A stretch of 64,000 bases of DNA from a virus (lineage: Duplodnaviria > Caudoviricetes): the IMG/VR virus record IMGVR_UViG_3300035502_000485, positions 1 through 64,000 of that record; one strand, written 5' to 3'. The notes under the pieces are model-generated. The model had not been told where the DNA came from and ran no database searches. It was given only the letters and a program-made list of their open reading frames with translations. The stretch's first letter is position 1, and each line of letters starts with the position of its first letter. The translations under genes were made by a program, and so were the position numbers. Below are positions 1-9,743 of this stretch, one piece after another.

Positions 1-132
1 AATATTAATTATATCAAAGCAAAATATGATAATTTGAATGATATTCCTGAAAAAGATGGTCAAATCATAGTTTGTAAAGATAAGCCTGTCATCATGTATG
101 ACGTTGCAAGTCCTTCAGGGGGGGGTAAATAG
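1..132 (+). CDS. 5'-truncated ORF, probable N-terminal part of the 98..1582 protein, separated from it by a G8 tract
   Basis: Frame 1 open from base 1: NINYIKAKYDNLNDIPEKDGQIIVCKDKPVIMYDVASPSGGGK*; DGQ-x-I-x-C-x-D...YD resembles N-terminal motifs of phage fibre proteins; removing one G at 118-125 joins it to the 494-aa ORF. Confidence 0.55.
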   Translation, partial: NINYIKAKYDNLNDIPEKDGQIIVCKDKPVIMYDVASPSGGGK

Positions 133-1582
133 ACATACTGTTCAAGAATTATCACTTGAATCAATAGATACATTTTATGATGAAAACTTAGGACCTAGAT
201 TACTATATACAGATATACCTGTAGCTGAACACTGTAACATTATAGACTCTTATGAAATCAACGAATTCGATGATTTGATAAGGGTCTATAAAAATTTAAA
301 CATAAAATCTTTAAATACTACTATGATGCGATTTGAGATTGACAAATTACAGGCTGTAGATAATGAAAGCAATGTAATATCATTACTGCATACAGGGTTT
401 GATAAACTAACATACTACTTTTCGATTTTAAACGATCTTGAAACTTCTGGATCTGATATAGGATGTATAGTATCTGGATCCAAGTTTGTTGAATATTTAG
501 ATGAAATAAATAGTGACCAAACCAATAATCTTATATTTGGTATGACAGATTGTATGAATAGTTCTATGTTATTATATCATAAAACTACTAAGGGTAATAC
601 AAATATTTACTTTGGCAAAATCAATTATCCAGATAGTGTCAATGATATGACATATTACATCAATTATGATTTTATAGATGACGATAACATTATTGATAAG
701 TATGAACTAGACATTGATAATTGTATTGGTTTATCTAATTTTCAAATTCATGGAACTGTATATTTTGAAGATGTATTACCTGTAGTGCAAGACTATTTGA
801 ATAATTTCAAGATATATAATATGTCAAATGGTCAAGTAGATATTGATAATTGTGAAATACCGTGTATTCAATTAGAGGATGGATGGCCATTATGTTTATT
901 ATTAACGCCACAGATGCTGATACAGCTACAAAACAATTTTTACAATATTTCAAATAAAACATTTGAATATGATGACAATATAGATTTAATAAGTGTACCA
1001 TATATTTATTTAGATACATCTTTAACTATCCAAGACACAATACCTAAAATAGTTAATAACACATTAACTAAAGATATAGTACTTCCAAGATATATAGATA
1101 ATCCTAATTTCAAATCATTATATGGATGGAAATGTGTATTTGATGGATTATGGAAAGATTTTAAATATGAAGTAGATGAAAATGAAGTAGGCAGATTAGA
1201 TTTTAGATTGACGCTTAACCCTAATCGAATTTATTATTATGGCAACTCTGGATCTCAATATATGCCAATATTAAAAATTAAATATGTTTCTACTGACTTG
1301 TATCATGTTTCTGAATATATAGAATCCGGTTTCTTTGAAGGTGATATAATGTTAGGTTACTGTGAACGATTAACATTATATGCAGATGGAACATACGCAT
1401 ATGATTATAATCCATCAGATGATGAATTACCTTGGAAAGCAGTTGAATCTGCACATACTCGTAGCTCTCCATACCTAGGAAATAATAAGATTATATTAGG
1501 ATTAGAAAATACTACAGATGATTCCTCAGAAGAACTTCTTAAAAATATAGATGTAAAATTTTATATCAGACGTAGGTGGTAA
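98..1582 (+). CDS. Hypothetical acidic protein, probable tail fibre/receptor-binding or other virion protein (C-terminal part)
   Basis: 494-aa ORF; followed by a small chaperone-like ORF; no clear RBS at 98. Confidence 0.45.
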   Translation: MTLQVLQGGVNRHTVQELSLESIDTFYDENLGPRLLYTDIPVAEHCNIIDSYEINEFDDLIRVYKNLNIKSLNTTMMRFEIDKLQAVDNESNVISLLHTGFDKLTYYFSILNDLETSGSDIGCIVSGSKFVEYLDEINSDQTNNLIFGMTDCMNSSMLLYHKTTKGNTNIYFGKINYPDSVNDMTYYINYDFIDDDNIIDKYELDIDNCIGLSNFQIHGTVYFEDVLPVVQDYLNNFKIYNMSNGQVDIDNCEIPCIQLEDGWPLCLLLTPQMLIQLQNNFYNISNKTFEYDDNIDLISVPYIYLDTSLTIQDTIPKIVNNTLTKDIVLPRYIDNPNFKSLYGWKCVFDGLWKDFKYEVDENEVGRLDFRLTLNPNRIYYYGNSGSQYMPILKIKYVSTDLYHVSEYIESGFFEGDIMLGYCERLTLYADGTYAYDYNPSDDELPWKAVESAHTRSSPYLGNNKIILGLENTTDDSSEELLKNIDVKFYIRRRW

Positions 1583-1584
1583 AT

Positions 1585-1863
1585 ATGAATATTTTAGATA
1601 TAACTAAACACAGATGTGATTTGAGGAGTATTGTACAATATAGAAAACTAGATCAGCAAAATAAATTAGATGAACTTAGATATTCTAAATATTGTGATAC
1701 AGTTGTACAGCTAATCAGACAAAAATATAGCGTAGATGATGAATTTGCAATATTACGACAACAGTTAAATAAACCTGAAGAATTTGCTGAATACAATGAA
1801 TATTGTGAAACATGTAAAGTTGAAGCTAAGAATGCCATATATGGAGATAATCAAAATGATTGA
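1585..1863 (+). CDS. Small helical protein, possible tail fibre assembly chaperone
   Basis: LIRQKYSVDDEFAILRQ...EFAEYNEYCETCK pattern typical of small proteins following fibre genes; AGGTGG RBS before ATG 1585. Confidence 0.45.
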   Translation: MNILDITKHRCDLRSIVQYRKLDQQNKLDELRYSKYCDTVVQLIRQKYSVDDEFAILRQQLNKPEEFAEYNEYCETCKVEAKNAIYGDNQND

Positions 1864-2686
1864 TGTGATAATTCCTGCATATGATTGCGGTGCTACAATT
1901 GATAAATGTTTAGCTTCACTAATGTGTCAAATTGATATGAATTTCAAAGTGATATTAGTAGATGATAATTCTGATATACCTTTAAATAATATGATAAATC
2001 GATATAATATTGATATATTGTATATACGCAACACTAAAAATTATGGATGTGGATTGAGTCGACAAATAGGAATAAATAATGCTACATCTGATTATATTAT
2101 ATTCTTAGATGCTGACGATATTTTGATGCCATATGCAATTAAATTGTTAAATGATGCTATAAAACAACAACCTAATGGTGATGTTTATTATGCAGGTTTC
2201 TATCAGTTGAAAGATAGTAAACTTCAAACTAATCTGATGGATAATACCCATTGTCATGGTAAATGTTATAGTCGTAAATTCTTGACGGAATTTAATATTA
2301 CTGCATCTGATAAAATTAAATTTGCAGATGATTCATACTTTAATTCAATTGTATTAGAATTGTCTAGAAATACTATAATGTTAAAATACCCTATTTACAT
2401 ATGGATAAGAAATCAATATGCTATTACATATTCTAAATCATTTAAAGATCAAGCATTAGCTGATTTTATCAATGCTATGGTTTTAAGTATACAAAAATTA
2501 CTAGACCATAAATCTCTCGAAGATATTAGATTCACACAAACTGTTGCAGATAGTATAATATCACAATTCAAACATCAATATGTTGATTTACCTAGCATTG
2601 AAAAACATAGATCAATTGAAGCAATCAAACAGTATGATAATATAGCGAATACTGATATTTATTCTAATGTTAAATCACTAATTTAA
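1856..2686 (+). CDS. Glycosyltransferase family 2
   Basis: VIIPAY, VILVDDNS, G.GLSRQIGI, FLDADD (DxD); GGAG RBS before ATG 1856. Confidence 0.9.
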   Translation: MIDVIIPAYDCGATIDKCLASLMCQIDMNFKVILVDDNSDIPLNNMINRYNIDILYIRNTKNYGCGLSRQIGINNATSDYIIFLDADDILMPYAIKLLNDAIKQQPNGDVYYAGFYQLKDSKLQTNLMDNTHCHGKCYSRKFLTEFNITASDKIKFADDSYFNSIVLELSRNTIMLKYPIYIWIRNQYAITYSKSFKDQALADFINAMVLSIQKLLDHKSLEDIRFTQTVADSIISQFKHQYVDLPSIEKHRSIEAIKQYDNIANTDIYSNVKSLI

Positions 2687-2694
2687 AATGATAT

Positions 2695-2705
2695 AACCTT
2701 TTATA
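2695..2705 (+). promoter_or_regulatory. Putative late promoter motif AACCTTTTATA
   Basis: Same motif recurs upstream of structural genes at 10137, 22197, 29173, 42428, 49001, 53654, 58070, 60762, 62452. Confidence 0.7.
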
Positions 2706-2748
2706 AAACTGCAAATAAACATTATAAAGTAGGTGAATTTCATAAATT

Positions 2749-5124
2749 ATGTCAAATACTATTTATAATGAAGGTAGAGTAGTAGGTTATTCAGCTTATG
2801 AACAATATGTTAAGAATTTTTTATCTGAAAATCCTGATAGAATTCCTGCAACAGAAAGAGAATGGTTAGCATCTACTATAGCTGACGGATCATCAATGCT
2901 TTTGAGACTTGGTACTGATGACATAAGTATGCCACATTATCGTGATATATCATTACCTAGTGATAGCAGATTGTGTACAGCTAATACTATAGTGGGCTCA
3001 ATTTTCTTAGGTGAAGGTTACTTTAACCCAACAGGTTCAAATATAATAGGTGAAAATTCATTGGATGTTGGTGATAATGTATTTGCTTGTAGAATAAAAG
3101 ATTATGGTGAGTTATTGAATAATTCATCTACTTCTTGTCCTCCATGTGGTGATTACGATCAATCTAATATAGATTCAACAACATATCCATTAGGTAATGA
3201 CAAAGGAGCATTAGGTTATAATATAACCCGTAATAATGTAACTACTACGTATGCGTTATCAGAATTAGATCAAACAAAGTTGATGCAATACATCAAAATT
3301 GCAGATGGATTGGTACTACAACCTGGTGAGTGGACTAATAATGATTATGAAGGTATTACTGATAGAAAACCTGAAATGGATTTTAAGCCAAATATGAGTC
3401 AACCTCCAATTATTAGATTGTTATTTACATCTAATGTATCAACTCCATTTTATGTATTGTTTACAGGATTTACACATAGAACTGTAATCGAAGGTACAAC
3501 TGGTATAGATACTTCTGTGCATACTGGTTCACCAGAAGATGGAGATTTCTTAGGTCCTGCTACATATCCATGGGCTAATAAAATTATATTTCATACTCCT
3601 GGCATACTTACATATTATATTAAAAATGGTATTCAACCATATCAACCGTCTGATGAAGAAAAATCAGAATATGGTGAACAAGGTACAGAGTATGATAATG
3701 TAGAAATTCATCAAGATGATGATACTCCAAATGTAGGTATCGAAGTTAGAAAACAAATATCACCGAAATCTGGAACAGAAGAGGATGGGCAATCCTATAA
3801 TAATGTTACAATTTATCCAGCACATAATGCTCATAAAGACAACGTAACAGTTGAAGTTCAAAAACAAATTACAGCTGCTAATGATAATGTTATTATAACT
3901 CCTGAGTATAATCGACATCAAACTGATACATCTATTGAAGTAAGGAAAAATGTGTGTAGTGGAGCATCTAATATACGAGTTGATAATACTACAGATGATA
4001 GTACTTCTGGAGATGTTAATCATTCCACTAAAACAGCAATCATTGGTATACATCATATTCATACTGATGATACATTTACTACAATTATTCAAAAAAACGG
4101 TGAATCTGAAGCAACTAATGGGGATGGTGCATCAGATACACAAATATCTATAGATTCAGGAAAATTAGTTGGATCAGGATTAACTACTACAGGTATTGGA
4201 ATAGAACAACCAGAATCACCAGGTGAACCAACTAAGCTTAGTCTAGAATTATCATCAGGTACAGGAATTGGAATTGAGGATAACGGTAATGGACAATATG
4301 TAATCAATAACACTATGACTGGAGCCGGATTAAGCCGCCTTAAATACGGTGAAAATAAAGATTATACAATTGAATGGTTTAATGGATATAGACCTGGAAG
4401 GTGCAAATACAGTAGTAGTAGTGGGTTCACAATTACTTATCCAGATAATGAAGCTATAAATAAAGAAGGAACCTATTGTTCTGAAGCCGATATAAATTCA
4501 TATATGAGTGTAAAAGTAGCATTAAGTAAAACGGGAGATACAATTACAGGCGGTACTTTACAGATATCTACTTCTGACAACTATAATGCTTGTTTAATTT
4601 GTACTAATGAAGAGGGTACTAAACCTGCAAATCTGTGTGCTGATGATGGCAATTTTTACGTAAATAGTATAAGACACGCTCAGGCATCATATTCTGATAG
4701 TAAAGCAAATGATAAGAACCCATCATATAATGGTGTTAATTCTAGAATATGTAAAATAAAATTTAACCCAGATAGTGAATATAAGTGCCTAAATAGTTGT
4801 ACATTCACAAAAAATTCCATATTTACAGGAATATGGAATCTCAAATCAAGTACAGGTAATACTTGTGGTGCATCCTGGAATGCAAATGTAACTATTGAAC
4901 CTGAACGGTATGACGAAGCTGGCGAAGGTTATTCCAAAGGTGATAAAACAAAAAAGGGTGTCATTTTATCAATAGCACAATATGCTGATGGATACAATGG
5001 ACAGTTTGCAACATTAGCGAAAGGACTAGGGATAGATCTAGATAAAGGTGATGGTTTGTATTTGTCAGAATATGCTAACATGAATATTACTGCATCATTT
5101 ACTATATCATCATCTGAAAGTTAA
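2749..5124 (+). CDS. Large putative virion structural protein (tail/baseplate/fibre-like)
   Basis: 791 aa, G/T/S/N-rich beta-type composition, internal NVxI...IEVRKQI repeats, late motif upstream. Confidence 0.55.
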   Translation: MSNTIYNEGRVVGYSAYEQYVKNFLSENPDRIPATEREWLASTIADGSSMLLRLGTDDISMPHYRDISLPSDSRLCTANTIVGSIFLGEGYFNPTGSNIIGENSLDVGDNVFACRIKDYGELLNNSSTSCPPCGDYDQSNIDSTTYPLGNDKGALGYNITRNNVTTTYALSELDQTKLMQYIKIADGLVLQPGEWTNNDYEGITDRKPEMDFKPNMSQPPIIRLLFTSNVSTPFYVLFTGFTHRTVIEGTTGIDTSVHTGSPEDGDFLGPATYPWANKIIFHTPGILTYYIKNGIQPYQPSDEEKSEYGEQGTEYDNVEIHQDDDTPNVGIEVRKQISPKSGTEEDGQSYNNVTIYPAHNAHKDNVTVEVQKQITAANDNVIITPEYNRHQTDTSIEVRKNVCSGASNIRVDNTTDDSTSGDVNHSTKTAIIGIHHIHTDDTFTTIIQKNGESEATNGDGASDTQISIDSGKLVGSGLTTTGIGIEQPESPGEPTKLSLELSSGTGIGIEDNGNGQYVINNTMTGAGLSRLKYGENKDYTIEWFNGYRPGRCKYSSSSGFTITYPDNEAINKEGTYCSEADINSYMSVKVALSKTGDTITGGTLQISTSDNYNACLICTNEEGTKPANLCADDGNFYVNSIRHAQASYSDSKANDKNPSYNGVNSRICKIKFNPDSEYKCLNSCTFTKNSIFTGIWNLKSSTGNTCGASWNANVTIEPERYDEAGEGYSKGDKTKKGVILSIAQYADGYNGQFATLAKGLGIDLDKGDGLYLSEYANMNITASFTISSSES

Positions 5125-5138
5125 AATGGAAATCAATT

Positions 5139-5555
5139 ATGAAACTATTATGTAAACAAAATTTTCAACCCTCAATACAAACAAATATACAAGTTAATAA
5201 GGTAGGAAAATATCTATATAAACATATTGATGGTGCATATAAATATAATAATTCTTCAAATATGTGCGATGTATATTTTATGCTATTATATCAAATACCT
5301 TATTGGGATAGAATACCTGGTAAGGGTTCTGATTACAACGATATGCACGAAATGACAATAGATATTAATCTTACTACATATCAAAATAAAATCCGTGTAA
5401 ATATATTGGAGATGACTCCAGACGAAAGAACTTTGGGTTCATTTGTAATCAAACCTGAATATTTACATGATCTTGAAACTACTAAAAATATGATATTTGA
5501 TAAAGTAGTAGGTAGAGTAAAGACAGCTTATGAAAAATATGAATTTCTATTCTAA
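5139..5555 (+). CDS. Hypothetical protein
   Basis: 138-aa ORF co-oriented with upstream gene. Confidence 0.6.
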   Translation: MKLLCKQNFQPSIQTNIQVNKVGKYLYKHIDGAYKYNNSSNMCDVYFMLLYQIPYWDRIPGKGSDYNDMHEMTIDINLTTYQNKIRVNILEMTPDERTLGSFVIKPEYLHDLETTKNMIFDKVVGRVKTAYEKYEFLF

Positions 5556-5652
5556 TTATTAGTTAGCGTTTCCATATTTTTCCTCCTTTCTAAAGGTCAC
5601 TTTTCTTAATTGAATATACAGTTCATTTTATCAAATACGATTGATTGCCGTG

Positions 5653-5663
5653 AATCGTTATAA
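5653..5663 (+). promoter_or_regulatory. Putative middle promoter motif AATCGTTATAA
   Basis: Recurs at 12734, 15934, 25021, 26071, 26628, 31313, 32405, 38390, 56079, mostly just upstream of replication/metabolic genes. Confidence 0.65.
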
Positions 5664-5700
5664 ACTGTGTAGAAGAAATTAAGAAAGGTGGCCTAATTTT

Positions 5701-5991
5701 ATGAATACTAAATGTACATATGATATAGATAAATTAAGTATATGCATACAAGACGCCTTGAATTCAGTAGTATATGAAATATTATGTGCAAATACTATTG
5801 ATTTAATGATGGATAATTTAGCCAGGATAATTCACCAAAAATTCAATTGTCGTAGAGCTGTCCAAGTTATATACAATGCAGACTATAACAATAATATGAT
5901 TCATATATTACAAATAAAATCTGAAGATATTCAAGATGTAAATATTACTATAAATTTACAATCTTATCAAGTTTTAATATTAACACAATAA
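5701..5991 (+). CDS. Hypothetical protein
   Basis: 96-aa ORF with AGAAAGGTGG RBS. Confidence 0.65.
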   Translation: MNTKCTYDIDKLSICIQDALNSVVYEILCANTIDLMMDNLARIIHQKFNCRRAVQVIYNADYNNNMIHILQIKSEDIQDVNITINLQSYQVLILTQ

Positions 5992-6009
5992 ATCGTGGGA
6001 GGTAAATTG

Positions 6010-6291
6010 ATGAAACCAGGTCAATACTTTAAAAGTCGACAAAATGACAATAAAATCAAATATAATATGTTAGACTGGAGAAAAACAGCACAAGTCCCTA
6101 AAGACGGAGTTATTCAATATTTCAAATATAAACAATCTGATACATCATATCGACTTATAGTGATTACAGATTATCCTGGATATCTAATTGGTAAAGAAGG
6201 TCAAATTATCAAGTATTACGCAGCATTGATGAAATGTTGTGGTATAGATGCAATTGATATAGTAGAAGAGCGTAATGTGAAAACTACATAA
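6010..6291 (+). CDS. KH-domain-like RNA-binding protein
   Basis: TDYPGYLIGKEGQII resembles the type II KH GxxG loop (as in ribosomal protein S3); GGAGG before ATG 6010. Confidence 0.55.
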   Translation: MKPGQYFKSRQNDNKIKYNMLDWRKTAQVPKDGVIQYFKYKQSDTSYRLIVITDYPGYLIGKEGQIIKYYAALMKCCGIDAIDIVEERNVKTT

Positions 6292-6298
6292 GTAAGGT

Positions 6299-6805
6299 GT
6301 GAGTATACAAATGGTTGAAAACATTATGATTCAAGATCAAATTTTATTTAGAGGTAAACTTGATCCAGAATTCAATATTACATCTAGTAGCAATCAATGG
6401 GTCGAAGGATGCTTTGCTATGCATCCAACTTCTGAAGGATTATATCCATGTATCATAACATCTAACAGTTTAGGAGAAATATTTCCTAAATTCATAATTC
6501 CACAATCACTAGGACAATATACTAGAAAACGAGACGATTTAAACAATAAAATATTTCAATATGATATAGTAAGGTATTATCTTCCATTCAGTAAAGGCAA
6601 TACAGATTCTAAATCATTTGATAATTGGCAAATTGGATTTATTGACTGGTATCAACCAGATTTAAGTTATGCAATAGTACTCAAAGATAGACATATTAGA
6701 TTAAGTAATGCCGATAATGATATTGAAGTAATAGGAAATCTAATAGATAATTTAGATTTAGTTGATTGGTTAGATACAGAAGGTAAATATTATGATGGAC
6801 TATAA
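6299..6805 (+). CDS. YopX-family protein
   Basis: ILFRGK...WVEG...LGQYT...KIFQYDIV...IEVIGNLIDN. Confidence 0.85.
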   Translation: MSIQMVENIMIQDQILFRGKLDPEFNITSSSNQWVEGCFAMHPTSEGLYPCIITSNSLGEIFPKFIIPQSLGQYTRKRDDLNNKIFQYDIVRYYLPFSKGNTDSKSFDNWQIGFIDWYQPDLSYAIVLKDRHIRLSNADNDIEVIGNLIDNLDLVDWLDTEGKYYDGL

Positions 6806-7160
6806 AAGAGATTACATAATAGAATATATTACGAAAGAGTATGAAAAAGATCCAAAAGATATAAGAAATTTTGTCTTCATAGTATTTGATGATATTTTAG
6901 ACATCTTATATCAACACGAATTAACTTCAAAACAATCTCAGATATTAAAACAATATATGAATGGAGATACTGAAACTGCTATTGCAAACCATATTCAAAC
7001 ATCTCAACCATCAGTATCAAGACAGTTAAATAAATTAAAACATAAAATAAATCTAATATTTATGTGCGTAGATAAAAGCATTCAGATAATATTAAAATTA
7101 ATAATAAAATATAATTCTATTGATAGTTTGAAAGGTAATATCAAATATGATGATATATGA
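6792..7160 (+). CDS. Sigma-70 region 4-like HTH protein
   Basis: LTSKQSQIL...TETAIANHIQTSQPSVSRQL. Confidence 0.7.
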   Translation: MMDYKRDYIIEYITKEYEKDPKDIRNFVFIVFDDILDILYQHELTSKQSQILKQYMNGDTETAIANHIQTSQPSVSRQLNKLKHKINLIFMCVDKSIQIILKLIIKYNSIDSLKGNIKYDDI

Positions 7161-7296
7161 AAGATGCAAAACATGTCCGTTATATAGATATTGTATCACA
7201 CAAAAGAAAGACCATGATAGTTGTGCAGATATGGTATCTAGATATAATGCAAATCTTTTAATACCACCAGAATTAATTGAAAATAGTTCATTTTAA
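7147..7296 (+). CDS. Small Cys-rich hypothetical protein (49 aa)
   Basis: MMIYERCKTCPLYRYC...; AAAGGT RBS; below ORF-track cutoff. Confidence 0.5.
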   Translation: MMIYERCKTCPLYRYCITQKKDHDSCADMVSRYNANLLIPPELIENSSF

Positions 7297-7319
7297 AATA
7301 CTAGAGTGAGGAATTAAAT

Positions 7320-7877
7320 ATGAGAATTAAATTTTATACAAGCAACGACAATCAATTTGAAATTGAGGAAAATGATTGTACTTTTACACTAGGAACTACA
7401 TCTCTATTATTTAAGTATGTTGACATATTATCCTATGCATATGATTATATAACAGAGGAATTGTTTAAAGCTTTTAGTGGAGATGCAAAGTTTGATAAAA
7501 TTGATTATTATGTAATTGTATCTACTGATTCTGTAGGTAATTTCATCTATGATATTGAATTTGACATTGAGTATGGTGGTAATACTATCGAATATACACA
7601 TACACCGCATTGGACTACAGATACAATCAATTCTGAATTAGCACCTATTACAGATCTTAAAGAACTTAATACCTGGGTAATATATGAAGGTGAAGATATT
7701 AGTTCACTTATAGCAGAACATAATGAAGGTTCAGTTCCGACTATAATATATGATCACCCACTTAATATAAATGAAATTAAATTAAATTTAAAAGATATGA
7801 TGTCGACTATTACAAATATATGCGAATTATTGAAAATCAATATAAATGATATAATGACATCTAATACTAATAAATAA
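7320..7877 (+). CDS. Hypothetical protein
   Basis: 185-aa ORF with GAGG RBS. Confidence 0.65.
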   Translation: MRIKFYTSNDNQFEIEENDCTFTLGTTSLLFKYVDILSYAYDYITEELFKAFSGDAKFDKIDYYVIVSTDSVGNFIYDIEFDIEYGGNTIEYTHTPHWTTDTINSELAPITDLKELNTWVIYEGEDISSLIAEHNEGSVPTIIYDHPLNINEIKLNLKDMMSTITNICELLKININDIMTSNTNK

Positions 7878-7898
7878 AACAATAATAGGACAGAATAG

Positions 7899-8012
7899 AT
7901 GAAATTTGATTGGAAAGACCCATTTACAAAACAAACAATAATATTTATAAGTATAGTATCAATATTTACTATTTCAATATGTATTTATACAATCATTGTA
8001 CTGCACGAATAA
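7899..8012 (+). CDS. Small single-pass membrane protein (37 aa)
   Basis: MKFDWKDPFTKQTIIFISIVSIFTISICIYTIIVLHE; AGGA RBS. Confidence 0.45.
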   Translation: MKFDWKDPFTKQTIIFISIVSIFTISICIYTIIVLHE

Positions 8013-8061
8013 GGTGATTATTATGTACTTTTTGATAACAGTTGGATTGGAGTGATAATAA

Positions 8062-8481
8062 ATGTTTTGTAAAAATTGTATTCATTACAATAGGTGTAAT
8101 GCTTTTATCAATGCTTTAAATCAAACTTTTGGATTTTCATATACACTTACGCTTTGTGAAGAATATAAAGATAAAACCAAATTTATTGAATTGCCTTGCA
8201 AGATCGGTGATAAATGCTGGAAATTTAGACCCAAAATTGATGATCTTGGATATTATACAGGATCATTTAAGATTGTAGAAAAGATCGTAAGTGGCCTTAG
8301 TATTAAGGTAAAAAGAGGTAGAATTCTTTATTTTGTACACTGTGAAAATGATAATAGCGAAATATGTGATATTGTTGATGCTAATGGCAATAGGGCATTT
8401 ATTACTAATGAAAAAGGTATTAAAAGAGTTTATTTTGATTATGAAGAAGCAGAGGCAAAATTAAATGAGTTAACAAAATAA
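8062..8481 (+). CDS. Conserved phage hypothetical protein
   Basis: CKNCIHY...ELPCKIGD...YEEAEAKL pattern common in Firmicutes phage accessory genes. Confidence 0.65.
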   Translation: MFCKNCIHYNRCNAFINALNQTFGFSYTLTLCEEYKDKTKFIELPCKIGDKCWKFRPKIDDLGYYTGSFKIVEKIVSGLSIKVKRGRILYFVHCENDNSEICDIVDANGNRAFITNEKGIKRVYFDYEEAEAKLNELTK

Positions 8482-8528
8482 AAAGAAAGCATATGAATAA
8501 TAAAAGTTATAGATAGGGGATTGATAAT

Positions 8529-8894
8529 ATGTGTATGGAATTACCGCAAAACAATATTGTGCCAAAGAGTAGTGTTCAAACATTATTAGATTTAGTAAAA
8601 GAAAATCCTGATTTACCAGTAATTCCAATGATAAATAGCGAAATAGTCGCAAGTTATGATTACAATTATTATGTAGGTTCGTTTGCTAACTGTGAAATTG
8701 GATATTACTATTGTTCAGATGAAAGAATTTATCTTGATGAAAGCGAACTTGTTGATGATATTCTTGACAAATATTATGCTGAGGAAAATTGGAAAAATTT
8801 GAACTATAAGGAACAAGAAGAAAAAGCAGAAAATATTGCCAATTCATTGATGACAAAAGCAATTATCGTTTATATTGAATTTCCGGAGGTATAA
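8529..8894 (+). CDS. Hypothetical protein
   Basis: 121 aa, LVKENPDLPVIPM motif. Confidence 0.65.
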   Translation: MCMELPQNNIVPKSSVQTLLDLVKENPDLPVIPMINSEIVASYDYNYYVGSFANCEIGYYYCSDERIYLDESELVDDILDKYYAEENWKNLNYKEQEEKAENIANSLMTKAIIVYIEFPEV

Positions 8895-8896
8895 TA

Positions 8897-9502
8897 ATGC
8901 AGAAAATAACGAATAGCGACATAATGATAAGATTGTCACCTTTAGATGTTAATTTAATTATATCTGGTAAGAAGACTATTGAAATTAGAAAATCAAAACC
9001 AAAACAATTGGAAACACCTTTTAAGGTGTATATTTATTGTATTGATATTGAACGATATTATTTAAAAGACAAATATAGTAAAATTTATTATCCTATTGAT
9101 AAAAATGAAATTGATGTAGTTGATCAAGACTTTGTAATGAATGGTAAAGTTGTTGGTGAATTCATCTGTGACAAAATATATCAATATACTACTACCGACT
9201 TTAAAGACGGTACTGATATTGATGATGAAACGATTACAAAATTGTCTTGTCTAACAAAAGATGAAATTAAAGATTATGAAATCACTACTGGTTATTTTGG
9301 CGTATTTGGTTGGCATATTTCAGACCTTATGATTTATGATAAACCAAAAAGTTTACAATATTTTACAAGATATTGTAAGTATAATTGTGATAATTGCAAC
9401 GACCGTATAATATTTTCTAAGCATCATAGATTTCGTCCACCACAGGGTTGGGGTTATGTAAATCTATGTAGACGAAAGGAATTTAATTGTATCAACAAAT
9501 GA
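8897..9502 (+). CDS. ASCH/PUA-like domain protein
   Basis: LIISGKKTIEIRK...VYIY...GKVVGEF...RPPQGWGY. Confidence 0.75.
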   Translation: MQKITNSDIMIRLSPLDVNLIISGKKTIEIRKSKPKQLETPFKVYIYCIDIERYYLKDKYSKIYYPIDKNEIDVVDQDFVMNGKVVGEFICDKIYQYTTTDFKDGTDIDDETITKLSCLTKDEIKDYEITTGYFGVFGWHISDLMIYDKPKSLQYFTRYCKYNCDNCNDRIIFSKHHRFRPPQGWGYVNLCRRKEFNCINK

Positions 9503-9537
9503 TCATATACAGAACTCAGACGAGGAATGATAAATAG

Positions 9538-9741
9538 ATGAGATGTGACAGGTGTCATAATATTATAGATAAAAATAACATACATATATTAACGGTAACA
9601 GATAATTTAACTACAGATATAGGATATAATGTTCCAAATTTAGTAAATGCTCAACTATGTCCAAAATGTTCACATATACTAAGAGATTGGATATATCAAA
9701 ATGGCGATTTATATAATACAAATATTTATAGTGAGGTTTAA
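9538..9741 (+). CDS. Small zinc-ribbon protein
   Basis: CDRC...LCPKC. Confidence 0.6.
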   Translation: MRCDRCHNIIDKNNIHILTVTDNLTTDIGYNVPNLVNAQLCPKCSHILRDWIYQNGDLYNTNIYSEV

Positions 9742-9743
9742 AT

